Shown: positions 35,558 through 43,721 of the stretch, in pieces
Layout: each line of letters begins with the position of its first letter
Position numbering within the stretch: the first letter of the stretch is position 1
Source: an uncultured Gammaproteobacteria bacterium
Lineage (GTDB): Bacteria > Patescibacteriota > Microgenomatia > UBA1406 > GWC2-37-13
Assembly: GCA_964521305.1 (NCBI GenBank)
Contig: CAZFQZ010000001.1
Span: 22-64,021, forward strand
Direction of reading: 5' to 3'
Length of the DNA stretch: 64,000 nt
Program-made: the position numbers and the translations under genes
The notes under the pieces: generated by a model
What the model saw: only the letters and a program-made list of their open reading frames with translations
What the model was told of the DNA's origin: nothing
The model's database searches: none

Positions 35558-37672
35558 ATGGAACCCAAATTCACGCCGTGGACCATTGAGCATCCATTAT
35601 ATCAATTCTGGGAAACGAATGGGCTTTTTACCGCAAAAGTAGAGAAACAAAAAAAGCCGTTCTGTATTATTTTGCCATTGCCAAACGCCAATGGTTCGCT
35701 TCATCTGGGCCATGCGATGTTTGTTTACGAAGATCTGATGATCCGTTACCACAAACTCTGCGGTGACAGTGTTTTATGGCAGTTGGGATTGGATCATGCC
35801 GGTTTTGAGACCCAATACGTATACGAAAAACATCTGCGAAAACAAGGAAAAAGCCGCTTCGATTTTGACAGAGAAACCCTGTATCAAAATATCTGGAAGT
35901 TTGTCATGGAGAATAAAGATACTATTAAAAACCAGATGCGGCGCTTGGGATTCGCCCTTGATTGGTCGCACGAAAAATTTACGCTCGATCCGGAGATTGT
36001 TAAAATCGTATATAAAACATTCAAAAAACTGTCGGATGCGGGGTTATTATATCGTGCAAATAGGTTGGTCAATTATTGCACCCGCGACGGTACTTCATTC
36101 TCCGACCTGGAAGTGCTCGATGAGGAAAAAGAGGGTACGCTTTATTATATTAAATACCCGATTGTTGGCGGCGGTTTTATTACGGTTGCCACTACGCGTC
36201 CGGAAACCATGTTCGGAGATGTCGCGGTAATGGTCCATCCACAGGATACGCGCTATAAAAATCTCGTCGGAAAACAAGCCGCACTGCCGCTTACCGACAG
36301 AATTATTCCTATCATCAGCGATACATATGTTGTCCGTAAATTCGGAACAGGTGCGGTAAAAGTAACGCCAGCCCATGATTTTAACGATTTTGAAGTGGGA
36401 AAAAAACACAGCCTGCCCGTGATTAACGTGATCGGTTTTGACGGACGAATGCAGCAGACAGGTATAGATGCTATTGACGGTATGAAGGTTCTTGCAGCGC
36501 GGGAACAGGTCTTGAAACTATTGAAAGAAAACAACCTCGTAGAAAAAACCGGTTCCCATACAATGGTAGTTAAGACGTGTTATAAATGCGGTAATACGCT
36601 GGAACCGTTGTTGTTGGAGCAGTGGTATATAAAGATAAAACCGTTGGCAGATAAAGCAAAAAAATTGGTAAAGGATAAACAAATAACTATTTATCCCAAA
36701 CGTTTTACACGACAACTCAATCTTATACTGGATCATTTCATCGACTGGAATATTTCCCGGCAATTAGTGTGGGGTATACGGATTCCGGCATGGCAATGCA
36801 ATTCCTGCCACAGCTGGATCGTGACGGAAGGCAATCCGCCGCCGACATGTGACAAATGCGGGAACAAAGATTTAAAACAGGATTCCGACACGTTTGACAC
36901 GTGGTTTTCTTCGTCCCAATGGCCATTTGTTACATTAATGACCGATAGAGAGGGGTTTTATGATTATTTTTACCCGACCGGCGTTATGGAGACGGGTTAC
37001 GATATCCTGCGGGCATGGGTGGCGCGGATGATCATGATTGACGTATTCGCCAAAGGAGACGTACCGTTCAGGAATGTGTTTCTGCATGGTATGGTCAGGG
37101 ATGCCAAAGGCCAGAAAATGAGCAAAAGCAAGGGCAACGTCATAAATCCTATTGAAATGATTGATACATACGGCGCAGACGCGTTGAGAGCCGCCCTCAT
37201 TTTCGGCACGAAAGAAGGGGGAGACGTCGTATTATCCGAACAGAAAATAATCGGCATGAGGAATTTCATGAATAAGATCTGGAATATAGGAAGATTCATT
37301 TTTATAAATAAATCACAAATCACAAATCACAAATCACAAAATCAATACCCAAAAACGGAGACAATAAAAAAACTTCAAAAGGAGTTTAAGGCGGAGAAGA
37401 AAAAATATTTTAAGAACATGAATAGTTTCAAATTTTCCATGGCGTTTGACAGTCTATATCATTTTCTGTGGCACCGGTATGCGGATTATTATATCGAACA
37501 GTTGAAAGAAGCCTTAAGAAGTGGTAATATTGAAGCTCTTGAAATATTGGAAAAAGTATATTTTGAGACGTTGATGATGCTCCATCCGTTCACTCCGTTC
37601 GTGACTGACGCGGTGTGGCAGGCTTTTAAGGGGAACGATCAGTCGATACTTATGGAGCGATTTATCAGTTAA
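35558..37672 (+). CDS. valS: valine--tRNA ligase (short form, no C-terminal coiled coil)
   Basis: HIGH (PNANGSLHLGHA), CP1 editing domain (TTRPETMFGDVAVMVHP), KMSKS (KMSKSKGN) and a Zn-like CxxC..CxxC (CYKCGN, CNSCHS, CDKCGN). Confidence 0.93.
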   Translation: MEPKFTPWTIEHPLYQFWETNGLFTAKVEKQKKPFCIILPLPNANGSLHLGHAMFVYEDLMIRYHKLCGDSVLWQLGLDHAGFETQYVYEKHLRKQGKSRFDFDRETLYQNIWKFVMENKDTIKNQMRRLGFALDWSHEKFTLDPEIVKIVYKTFKKLSDAGLLYRANRLVNYCTRDGTSFSDLEVLDEEKEGTLYYIKYPIVGGGFITVATTRPETMFGDVAVMVHPQDTRYKNLVGKQAALPLTDRIIPIISDTYVVRKFGTGAVKVTPAHDFNDFEVGKKHSLPVINVIGFDGRMQQTGIDAIDGMKVLAAREQVLKLLKENNLVEKTGSHTMVVKTCYKCGNTLEPLLLEQWYIKIKPLADKAKKLVKDKQITIYPKRFTRQLNLILDHFIDWNISRQLVWGIRIPAWQCNSCHSWIVTEGNPPPTCDKCGNKDLKQDSDTFDTWFSSSQWPFVTLMTDREGFYDYFYPTGVMETGYDILRAWVARMIMIDVFAKGDVPFRNVFLHGMVRDAKGQKMSKSKGNVINPIEMIDTYGADALRAALIFGTKEGGDVVLSEQKIIGMRNFMNKIWNIGRFIFINKSQITNHKSQNQYPKTETIKKLQKEFKAEKKKYFKNMNSFKFSMAFDSLYHFLWHRYADYYIEQLKEALRSGNIEALEILEKVYFETLMMLHPFTPFVTDAVWQAFKGNDQSILMERFIS
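37311..37338 (+). repeat. (AATCACA)x4 perfect heptanucleotide tandem repeat inside valS
   Basis: Units at 37311-17, 37318-24, 37325-31 and 37332-38. Translated as KSQITNHKSQ. Confidence 0.95.
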
Positions 37673-37681
37673 TATATCATT

Positions 37682-37816
37682 ATGAAACGAACATGGCAGC
37701 CAAAAAAAGGCAAACGGCTAAAAAAACACGGTTTCCTGAAACGTATGAAATCGCCAGGAGGACGGAAAGTCCTTAAAACCCGCCGGTTAAAAGGAAGAAA
37801 ACGATTAACAGTATAA
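37682..37816 (+). CDS. rpmH: 50S ribosomal protein L34
   Basis: 44 codons, not in the ORF track: [44 protein letters not shown], matching the L34 pattern MKRT.QP......HGF..RM....GR.VL..RR.KGR..L. Confidence 0.93.
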   Translation: MKRTWQPKKGKRLKKHGFLKRMKSPGGRKVLKTRRLKGRKRLTV

Positions 37817-37824
37817 CTTTCGAT

Positions 37825-38658
37825 ATGAATCCTTTTCAGTGGTTCGGACAATACATATTCAATCCTATTTTTTTTTATCCGATTACCAACCTGCTTTTGA
37901 TTTTTTACAAGCTGTTTCTGTTGTTACGTGTACCGGGCGCGTTCGGTTTTTCGATTATAGCGCTAACGGTTTTGGTACGAATGCTTCTTCATCCTTTTTT
38001 CAAGCAGCAGCTTGAGACGGCAAAAAAAATGCAGGATCTCAAGCCTCATTTGGACAAGCTTTCGGCAAAACACAAAAAAGAACCGCAGAAATTGCAACAG
38101 GAACAGATGAAACTCTATCAGGAAGCGGGGATCAATCCGGCCTCAGGGTGTCTCTTTATGGTTTTACAGTTGCCTATTTTCATCGCACTATATCAAGCGT
38201 TATATGAGCCTTTTAAACACGGAAGCCTGGCCGTGGCAGTACAACAATTGAATAAAATAGCGTATTCTTTTACCAAGATTTCAGTCATTGATCCCTGGTT
38301 TTTCGGATTGAATTTATCTATAGCACCGGCAAAAGCAGGCCACTGGATTTATTTCGCCGTGCCGGTTATTACCGCGATTCTGCAGTATTACCAAGTCAAG
38401 CTTTCGACGCCCCAGATGCAGCCGCAGGCTCAGCCTGAACAAAAGGACGGCAATGAGAAAAAAGATGACTCGGGTGGCGATTTCCAAAAGGCCATGAATA
38501 CGCAGATGAAGTTCATATTTCCGTTGATGATCGGCTGGTTTTCGTATACACTACCTGTTGGCCTTTCACTGTATTGGAATATTTTCTCGATCTTTAGTAT
38601 AGTACAATATGGGAAAATAAATTCCAAATCCCAAACGTTCGTTAAAGTCAAAAGTTAA
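37825..38658 (+). CDS. yidC: membrane protein insertase YidC (short, Gram-positive-like form)
   Basis: Position after rpmH. Five TM helices, with conserved PFF.KQ, MQ.L.P....L..KH, NP..GCL..L.Q.PI and LY.. patterns. Confidence 0.88.
   Translation: MNPFQWFGQYIFNPIFFYPITNLLLIFYKLFLLLRVPGAFGFSIIALTVLVRMLLHPFFKQQLETAKKMQDLKPHLDKLSAKHKKEPQKLQQEQMKLYQEAGINPASGCLFMVLQLPIFIALYQALYEPFKHGSLAVAVQQLNKIAYSFTKISVIDPWFFGLNLSIAPAKAGHWIYFAVPVITAILQYYQVKLSTPQMQPQAQPEQKDGNEKKDDSGGDFQKAMNTQMKFIFPLMIGWFSYTLPVGLSLYWNIFSIFSIVQYGKINSKSQTFVKVKS
38619..38636. repeat. 18-nt element AAATTCCAAATCCCAAAC in the yidC 3' end
   Basis: Exact reverse complement of 2467-2484. Encodes the NSKSQT tail segment, as it does in the ABC ATPase. 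Confidence 0.9.
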
Positions 38659-38685
38659 AATTTAAAAGTAAAAAAGATACAAACT

Positions 38686-39186
38686 ATGGATAAACAGCAA
38701 AGCATTAAGACAGAGGCAGATGCTCTTCTGTCAAAAATGATTTCAACGTATGAGATAGAGGTGCAGGAAGACGCAGGCGTGTTTCATATTATTATCAAAA
38801 CAGAGGAAGAGGCGCCGACCGTAATCGGCAGGCATGGAGAGACTATACGCGCGATCCAGAAAATCATCGAAGTCATCCTGTATAAGCAGTTTGGCGAACC
38901 GGTCGACATTCTGGTAAATGTCAACGACTACCGGGAAAAACAGAGAGAACGCTTGGAAACTCTGGCATCGCAGTATGCATCAAAAACCCAGACACTGAAA
39001 GAGGCAACATACATACGAGGATTGTCCTCATACGAACGAAAAGTCATTCACGAATATATAACCAGGAATTATCCCGATCTATCAACCTATTCGGTCGGTG
39101 AAGGACGAGACAGGCGACTGGTGGTAAACGTAAAGGGTAATGAGCCAGCAGAGCCAGGAGATTCAACGGAACAAAAAGAAGTATAA
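38686..39186 (+). CDS. jag: Jag/KhpB-like RNA-binding protein (KH + R3H)
   Basis: KH-like IGRHGETIRAIQ and R3H-like SSYERKVIHEYI. Canonical position after yidC. Confidence 0.85.
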   Translation: MDKQQSIKTEADALLSKMISTYEIEVQEDAGVFHIIIKTEEEAPTVIGRHGETIRAIQKIIEVILYKQFGEPVDILVNVNDYREKQRERLETLASQYASKTQTLKEATYIRGLSSYERKVIHEYITRNYPDLSTYSVGEGRDRRLVVNVKGNEPAEPGDSTEQKEV

Positions 39187-39238
39187 CTCTTCATAGCTTC
39201 TTTAAAAACAAAGCGTGATTCTGCTAGACTGTTAGTAT

Positions 39239-42200
39239 ATGGTTACGAGTACGGAATCCGGTTCCGGCACAGCGGATAGCATTATCCAGGAAGCCAAAGA
39301 TAGCGCAAACAGGGAAATAAACGCTGCAACAACAGAAGAACAAAAACAGGTGTTAGCCGATAAACTGAAAAACGAATTGAAGGATACCGACAAACAGGCA
39401 AAGCAGGCGGCTAAAGACATAAAAAAAACAGAGGCGGAAAAACAGGAATTGAAGAAAAAACAAGCTCTTTCCTTAGTACGCCTGTTGGAAGCGGCACAAC
39501 ACGAAGATATTCCGATTGCAAAAAATAAACCTAAAGCACAGAAGGTTTTGGAGGAGCTTTCGAAACGGCTGGAAAAACAATCACTCTCCAATTCAACCCT
39601 TGCTGCGATCGAAGAGGGTCTTAAAGATTACTTGACCGGCGATAAGGATATCACGGTTTCCAAACCCGGCGAAACGAAAACACAATTCGAAAGGGATTTT
39701 GATGTGATGAAGCAAAGCGACAAACGAGCGGCGGAGTTCGTCGGTAAGGCGCTTATTGATCAAAAAAGTCAATTCGATTTGGAAGAGTCCGATATGAAAC
39801 AGAAGTTCGGCGATGAATCTGAACAGGCAACTCCTTCACCCGAATTACCATCCTCACCTGACCAAGAATTCCCGGATTCAATGGATGCGAACGGAAGAAG
39901 AAAATATTTCGGTCCCGATGCCGTCGACAAGATAATGGCGAATATAAAAGTGGAGGATGCGGACAAACTGCACGATTATATGATTACGTATGATTCCGCA
40001 TATGGACAAGCATTTGAAGCATATTACGGACCTAAATTAGCATCCGCCCCGCACAGGAATCTCATGGCTGCGTTATATAATCCGCAGGCATTTATCAAAT
40101 ATGTAGAAGCTGAAAAATTAAAAATCGCAAAATCGGGAATTTCGGATGAGGAGGTCCGGAAAAAAGTCTCAGAAAAAATAAGAGAAGATGTATCCGATAT
40201 CGTCGATAGGTTTTTTATCCAGCTTGCTCGGGAACGGGCAACAAAACCGTTCGAAGAAATTGTCAGGGAGGATTTTTATCACGGTATCGGCATTACGTTG
40301 ACGACATTTAAAACAGCGCTTGCCAATTTATCTTCACGTTTGGAAACAATAGAAAAAGAGAGAGCGAATAAGAAATTTCCCCCATTACTTGAATTATTCA
40401 AGGATACCGAGCAGACTGTTGAATCAGAGGAAGTTGAATTAGGAGAAGGTAAAGATAGGGTTGTAAAGCCCAGATTACGAATAAAACCTATTCCTAAACC
40501 TGAACCGGTCAGCTTGAGTGAGTTTGTCAAAAACAACATAGAACTCCTGGTGAGTGAAAAAAGCCATATCCGGGAATATTTGCATGATGGAAGATCTATC
40601 TATTATCATCCGTCAGGCAAGGATGGATTCTATGCAGGTTTGGGAGGATATGCCGAACGTATGCAAACGACAGACATAGATACGTTATTCAGTTTACCCG
40701 ATGGCCAGATTATAAAGGACGCCTACCAACTGTATAGTAAATTTTTATTTGAACAGTTCGCAAAGCAGGATTGGAAGCACGAACCGAACCAGTTTATTAC
40801 CGAATTGGAATCCAGGTACACCGCTATGGAAAGTGAAGTTATACAGATGTTAAAGAAAATGTATTCGGATGTACCGCCGGACCGTTTGGAAAATGCCGTA
40901 TATATGGGTGTCGGTATTTCGCGCGCCATTTTTTTGAACGAACCGGAAATGGCAGCGTATGCGGATCCGGTATTAGACGAAAAAGGTGGAGGCGTAGGCG
41001 CAAGTTATTACACGAATGATACCGCAGCTTTAAATGCTCTTAATCCGATGCACTGGATTATGCGTTGGCAGGGAGAACAGCAGATCTACCCGTTTTTGTT
41101 CGCGCCGATAGATGGGGTACACGATTTAATGAAACACGGATGGGATCACAACAAAATACTTGATTTGGGAAAATCATATTTTGATTCGTATACGAAAGGC
41201 CGTAAGAATTTAAGCGGGAAAACACTGTTTATTGACGAGCTCATAAATATGGGGCGCACGGGAGGTCCCGGTACCAGAAGGGGCTGGCGTCACTATTTTG
41301 CCAATGAAGGCCACCTCGTTTTCAAAAAAACTACGGAAGGAATCCAGACAACCAATATTGATGCGCTAAAAACATGGAAAGCCCTGGAAAATATCGGGTA
41401 CGAGGTTGTATATGATATGGTGATCAACGGCAGGATTCCCGGAGAGCTTTTAAGCGCGAAAAATTCCCAGTGGGCTAAAGAGCGCAGCGATTTTTTTTCA
41501 TATTTATTTACTAAATATTTTGATCAACCAGCAGAGGAATTGGCAGGATATCTTGAGAAGATACGTACGGGTGGCGCAAGAGACGCAGCACTAAAGAGAA
41601 TCAGGGACCATGAGGTAGCGCCCGGAAGCGTCAATGAAGAAATAGAAAAAGAGGTTTCCGGTATTTTTTTGCATCGTGTTTTGGCAAGGGTTTTGGTTCA
41701 GCGCCTTCCAACGCGTATCATACAGGATGATCGAGATAGATTTTCGGATACTGGTTCAAGCAGGTATAAACAGTTGCGTTTGAAACTTGGTTTGGATATC
41801 GATCAATTTGATAAAATGATGAAAAATCTTGGTTTGGCCGAACAAATGCTCAGAAGAAATGTAAGTAAGGAAATAAAAGATCTGTTGACCTTACAAGGCG
41901 CAACAGATTTACAGAATATTGATATGTCGAAGATTAAATATGTACTTGATGATGCAACATTAAGGACACTGTTGGCGAAAGCGAATTTATCACAGCCGGA
42001 AATCGATCAGGCTGCAAAACTTCTTGAGATGATCCGGACACAATTTGCCAACGAGGAGTCTTTAAATACGTATGCGGCAGAGCGAAAGAAAAATCCATTT
42101 CCTTTCTCTTTGGCGATCGATGAGATCGATTGGAGTCTGATGGCATTTCGTGGATCAGGAGCCCGGATGATTGCGCGGGCGGTCGGCGACATAAATCTAT

Positions 42201-42892
42201 TTGAAAAAAACCTATGGCTGGGTTGTATCAGGCAATTAAAAGATACGCTCCAGGAAATTGCGACGAACGGTAAAAAAGACTTCAGTCCCCTTATAGAAAT
42301 GCTGCAAAAGGTAAAGGAAGCATACGGCGAGGTACACGGACACAACCCGCAATCATATGCGAATATCCACCGGTTGGCAGCCGGAATGATCGCTTACTTT
42401 AAAAAAGACACGATGGCAAAAGGGCTGCTGAATATTCTCAGGCCGTGGCGGCTCGGCAAACCAAGTTCCATAGCAGCGGAAATGGCAGGAGGCCGTTCCG
42501 CAGCAGTCTGGGAATGGGATGCGGTTGATGTCGACAACTTCATCGTCGCTCTTGAGACTAAACGGCTTTTGCCCAGGGATAGATACGATCCTTCCAAACC
42601 ACGGGTATACGAACCGATCTGGTTTAACTTTGCGGGCAGGATGATTAAACTTCCGGAAAAGCTTACATTGCCATTCAAGATTTTCGGAAAAAATGAGTTT
42701 AATCTTTTCAGGAGACGCGCGCCGGATTATAAAATTGCCTATTCAAATAAATTACGTAAAGAGCACGGAGCAAAATGGTATAACTTGGTATTTGATTTTG
42801 CGGCAAAATACGGACCTTTGTTCATGGCGTTCATCCTGTGGAAATTATTGAAAGACGCGTTGGATGAAGCGCAGGGCAAGAAAAAGAAGTAA
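39239..42892 (+). CDS. 1217-aa ORFan: N-terminal K/E-rich coiled coil, large globular alpha-rich body, short C-terminal hydrophobic segment and KKKK tail
   Basis: Uninterrupted 3.65-kb ORF. No signal peptide and no P-loop or other catalytic motif recognised. The C-terminus YGPLFMAFILWKLL...GKKKK could be a tail anchor. Confidence 0.75.
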   Translation: MVTSTESGSGTADSIIQEAKDSANREINAATTEEQKQVLADKLKNELKDTDKQAKQAAKDIKKTEAEKQELKKKQALSLVRLLEAAQHEDIPIAKNKPKAQKVLEELSKRLEKQSLSNSTLAAIEEGLKDYLTGDKDITVSKPGETKTQFERDFDVMKQSDKRAAEFVGKALIDQKSQFDLEESDMKQKFGDESEQATPSPELPSSPDQEFPDSMDANGRRKYFGPDAVDKIMANIKVEDADKLHDYMITYDSAYGQAFEAYYGPKLASAPHRNLMAALYNPQAFIKYVEAEKLKIAKSGISDEEVRKKVSEKIREDVSDIVDRFFIQLARERATKPFEEIVREDFYHGIGITLTTFKTALANLSSRLETIEKERANKKFPPLLELFKDTEQTVESEEVELGEGKDRVVKPRLRIKPIPKPEPVSLSEFVKNNIELLVSEKSHIREYLHDGRSIYYHPSGKDGFYAGLGGYAERMQTTDIDTLFSLPDGQIIKDAYQLYSKFLFEQFAKQDWKHEPNQFITELESRYTAMESEVIQMLKKMYSDVPPDRLENAVYMGVGISRAIFLNEPEMAAYADPVLDEKGGGVGASYYTNDTAALNALNPMHWIMRWQGEQQIYPFLFAPIDGVHDLMKHGWDHNKILDLGKSYFDSYTKGRKNLSGKTLFIDELINMGRTGGPGTRRGWRHYFANEGHLVFKKTTEGIQTTNIDALKTWKALENIGYEVVYDMVINGRIPGELLSAKNSQWAKERSDFFSYLFTKYFDQPAEELAGYLEKIRTGGARDAALKRIRDHEVAPGSVNEEIEKEVSGIFLHRVLARVLVQRLPTRIIQDDRDRFSDTGSSRYKQLRLKLGLDIDQFDKMMKNLGLAEQMLRRNVSKEIKDLLTLQGATDLQNIDMSKIKYVLDDATLRTLLAKANLSQPEIDQAAKLLEMIRTQFANEESLNTYAAERKKNPFPFSLAIDEIDWSLMAFRGSGARMIARAVGDINLFEKNLWLGCIRQLKDTLQEIATNGKKDFSPLIEMLQKVKEAYGEVHGHNPQSYANIHRLAAGMIAYFKKDTMAKGLLNILRPWRLGKPSSIAAEMAGGRSAAVWEWDAVDVDNFIVALETKRLLPRDRYDPSKPRVYEPIWFNFAGRMIKLPEKLTLPFKIFGKNEFNLFRRRAPDYKIAYSNKLRKEHGAKWYNLVFDFAAKYGPLFMAFILWKLLKDALDEAQGKKKK

Positions 42893-42907
42893 ACATTTTA
42901 TGATATC

Positions 42908-43711
42908 ATGAATACTATGAAGAAATTATTAATTATATTCGCCTTTCTTTTTGCTTTCTTCCTATTTTCAAATTCATTGATATATGCTCAAACAACTCCG
43001 TCACCTTCTCCCGGAGCGACAACCGGAATAGGGATCATCCCCGGAGTTGACTGCGGGAATTCGACTGCCCCTGAAAATTCTCCGGCACGATTATGCTGTA
43101 AAAGCCAGTTGTCATTAGGTTCACATGAGGGTCTGTCTGACTGGTTGTCGCAGCTTCTTAATGTTGCGAAAAGCGTTCCGGTCATAGGAGATAAGATGAT
43201 TCAACCTTTGACCAACTTCAATGATTTTGCGCTACAGCTGCAGCGCAATGCAGCTCCGCTTGCATGCCCGTTGGGATATCCATCTACAACGGATCCCAAT
43301 GACACGAACTGTACGTGTTTAACAACAATCAATCCATCGCCTATTGCGCAGTTGAAAACAATCTGCCAAAAATACCATTTTGACAATGCGGGTGAAGAAG
43401 GAGCATGTGAGAGCTGTGCCAATGCTTCCGGAGTATGGACAGGATTAGGATGTATTTATGGCGATACCGGAAAGTTCATCAGGGAAACCGTATTCAGTCT
43501 GGCAATAAGTTTGGCAGGCGTTTTTGCCCTTTTATGTATTATCTTTTCTGCTTTTTCGCTACAGATATCGCAGGGCAATCCGGAAAAGATCAAAAAAGCG
43601 CAGGAACTTTTGACTTCGTGCATCATGGGTTTGATGCTTATTATATTTTCGGTATTTATCCTGCGGTTAATCGGGGTAAGTATTTTGAAGATACCCGGGT
43701 TAGGTAACTGA
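42908..43711 (+). CDS. secreted Cys-rich domain fused to a C-terminal T4SS-pilin-like two-TM hairpin (paralog C)
   Basis: Signal peptide MKKLLIIFAFLFAFFLFSNSLIYA and ~14 Cys in the ectodomain. Then GLGCIYGDTGKFIRETVF, TM, SQGNPEKIKKAQELL and TM. Confidence 0.7.
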   Translation: MNTMKKLLIIFAFLFAFFLFSNSLIYAQTTPSPSPGATTGIGIIPGVDCGNSTAPENSPARLCCKSQLSLGSHEGLSDWLSQLLNVAKSVPVIGDKMIQPLTNFNDFALQLQRNAAPLACPLGYPSTTDPNDTNCTCLTTINPSPIAQLKTICQKYHFDNAGEEGACESCANASGVWTGLGCIYGDTGKFIRETVFSLAISLAGVFALLCIIFSAFSLQISQGNPEKIKKAQELLTSCIMGLMLIIFSVFILRLIGVSILKIPGLGN

Positions 43712-43721
43712 ATTTTGTTTA

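Noticed and set aside
39232-39591. 119-aa minus-strand Cys/Ser-rich ORF
   Set aside because: It is antisense to the coiled-coil-encoding 5' end of the 1217-aa gene. Its composition mirrors the K/E-rich sense strand.
41200-41230. Possible P-loop (GRKNLSGKT) in the 1217-aa ORFan
   Set aside because: The spacing is G-x5-GKT rather than G-x4-GK[ST], and no Walker B follows. I do not consider it an NTPase motif.
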